This document shows, in pieces, positions 62,919 through 64,000 of a DNA stretch of 64,000 bases (position 1 is the first letter of the stretch; every line of letters begins with the position of its first letter). Where the stretch lies: positions 310,001-374,000 of the forward strand of contig JAPEUD010000001.1 of assembly GCA_026026165.1 (NCBI GenBank). The letters are read 5' to 3'. The stretch is from Sarea resinae. Lineage: Eukaryota. Position numbers and translations under genes: made by a program. The notes beneath the pieces were generated by a model. It saw only the letters and a program-made list of their open reading frames with translations. It was not told the origin of the DNA and ran no database searches.

Positions 62919-63934
62919 TCATGATGTCTTCTTCCCCGCGCGCCTTTCTCGTTCTCTCTTTGCATAGATTTCGGCGGTGAAAGGACTAGAACGCGGCATA
63001 TCAGCAAAGTACGACTCAGATGTGCTTGGGTTCTTTCAAGTACTCACTCCTCAAAGCGTAAAGCGATTAAGTAGACCGCTAGAATCTGAATCGTCAATAG
63101 AACGCCAGCCGGTTTTCCAAACCAAAGCGCGGTGCCGAAAAATGACAACGTCGAGCCGTAGTACATGGGAGAATCGGTGACGTTAAATGGAAATGATGTT
63201 ACTCGATCATTCATGAGGATGCCAAAGTAATCTCCGAGATATGTGCCCGTCACACCGAGCGCCCACATGCTGCTGAGCACAAGCACATTGCCGGCCGCAA
63301 TGAGTGATAAGGCTGCGTACGTGCTGGCTTTGGTTTGGAGCAGGGGGTGAGCTGGCTGGTCTCGAAGGGCACGCTCATACCTAAAGAGCAATACGAGAGG
63401 TCATGTTAGTCGACTCAACGACCGGTATCGCGTGCAATTCGTTACGGCCCAATATGGCCCATGAGATAGGGAGGCTGGGGGAGAGGTTTGAGGTACTGAC
63501 AGAGCATCTCTAAAGATACCAAGGGAGAAGATAACTACAGCGAGAAAGTAGCATCCCCGGCGTGAGTCCCCACCAAACAATTTGGTCAGGACCTTGTTCT
63601 TGTATTCTGAGGTCCAAAGTGCAAAAATTTAGCTATCGGATCGGACGTTCTGGATAGAGCAAAAAAATGGCTGAGGAGCGCACCTTGGCGAGCAACGATA
63701 CTGTAATTCCAACGATTAGAGCCGGCTAGGCGATCGTCCAAACACGATTGATTGCTTACTTCCAGAATAAAGGGTTGAAGCCAATAGAGATTGCAGACAC
63801 TGCTCAGAGCAAAGCAGGAACCATCAGTCAGGTGTTGAATGGGCCAATGGCTATACCGCGGGGCATTCCCTACCTAAGAGACTTTTCTGATTAAAGTCTA
63901 CAAGACTGTCATATTGACTCAGGAGTTTCGACAT
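62919..63934 (-). CDS. OPI3: Phosphatidyl-N-methylethanolamine N-methyltransferase (phospholipid methyltransferase), many short exons
   Basis: FNPLFWNIVARQEY, SMWALGVTGTYLGDYFGILM, FPFNVTDSPMYYGS and PFTAEIYA. Confidence 0.95.
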
Positions 63935-64000
63935 GGTGTCACGACGGCGTGTTTGCTCTTGAATCGTGGCAGAGAGCGTAGTAACGTATGCTTTGTCCGA

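Overview
Gene-dense eukaryotic DNA from a filamentous ascomycete (Pezizomycotina-type short GT-AG introns with CTRAY branch points). Exons were joined by eye, so coordinates give whole-gene spans. About 22 mostly housekeeping genes are present: RPL9 3' end, a Cys-rich membrane protein, an amino-acid permease, SMT3, CMC4, NUP84, MET14, VMA5, a thioesterase, MAK21, mitochondrial ProRS, a KH-like protein, ORC1, PRP46, NAS6, SGM1/TMF1, TRAPPC11, RXT2 and OPI3. Four things stand out. (1) An intronless gene at 34103-36355 joins a bacterial-type DUF3494 ice-binding domain to repeat-rich Ser/Thr stalks, a fungal cell-wall module and a GPI-type tail. (2) Next to it lies a ~5.3 kb AT-rich, hypermutated island holding a foldback-type element with long inverted arms and a nested hAT-type MITE with a perfect 8-bp TSD. 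(3) A frameshifted pseudogene encodes a fused alpha+beta succinyl-CoA-synthetase-like enzyme. (4) A (TA)GGTACC(TA)/TAGGTA motif family recurs in nearly every promoter interval. No database searches were run, so family calls rest on motif recognition.
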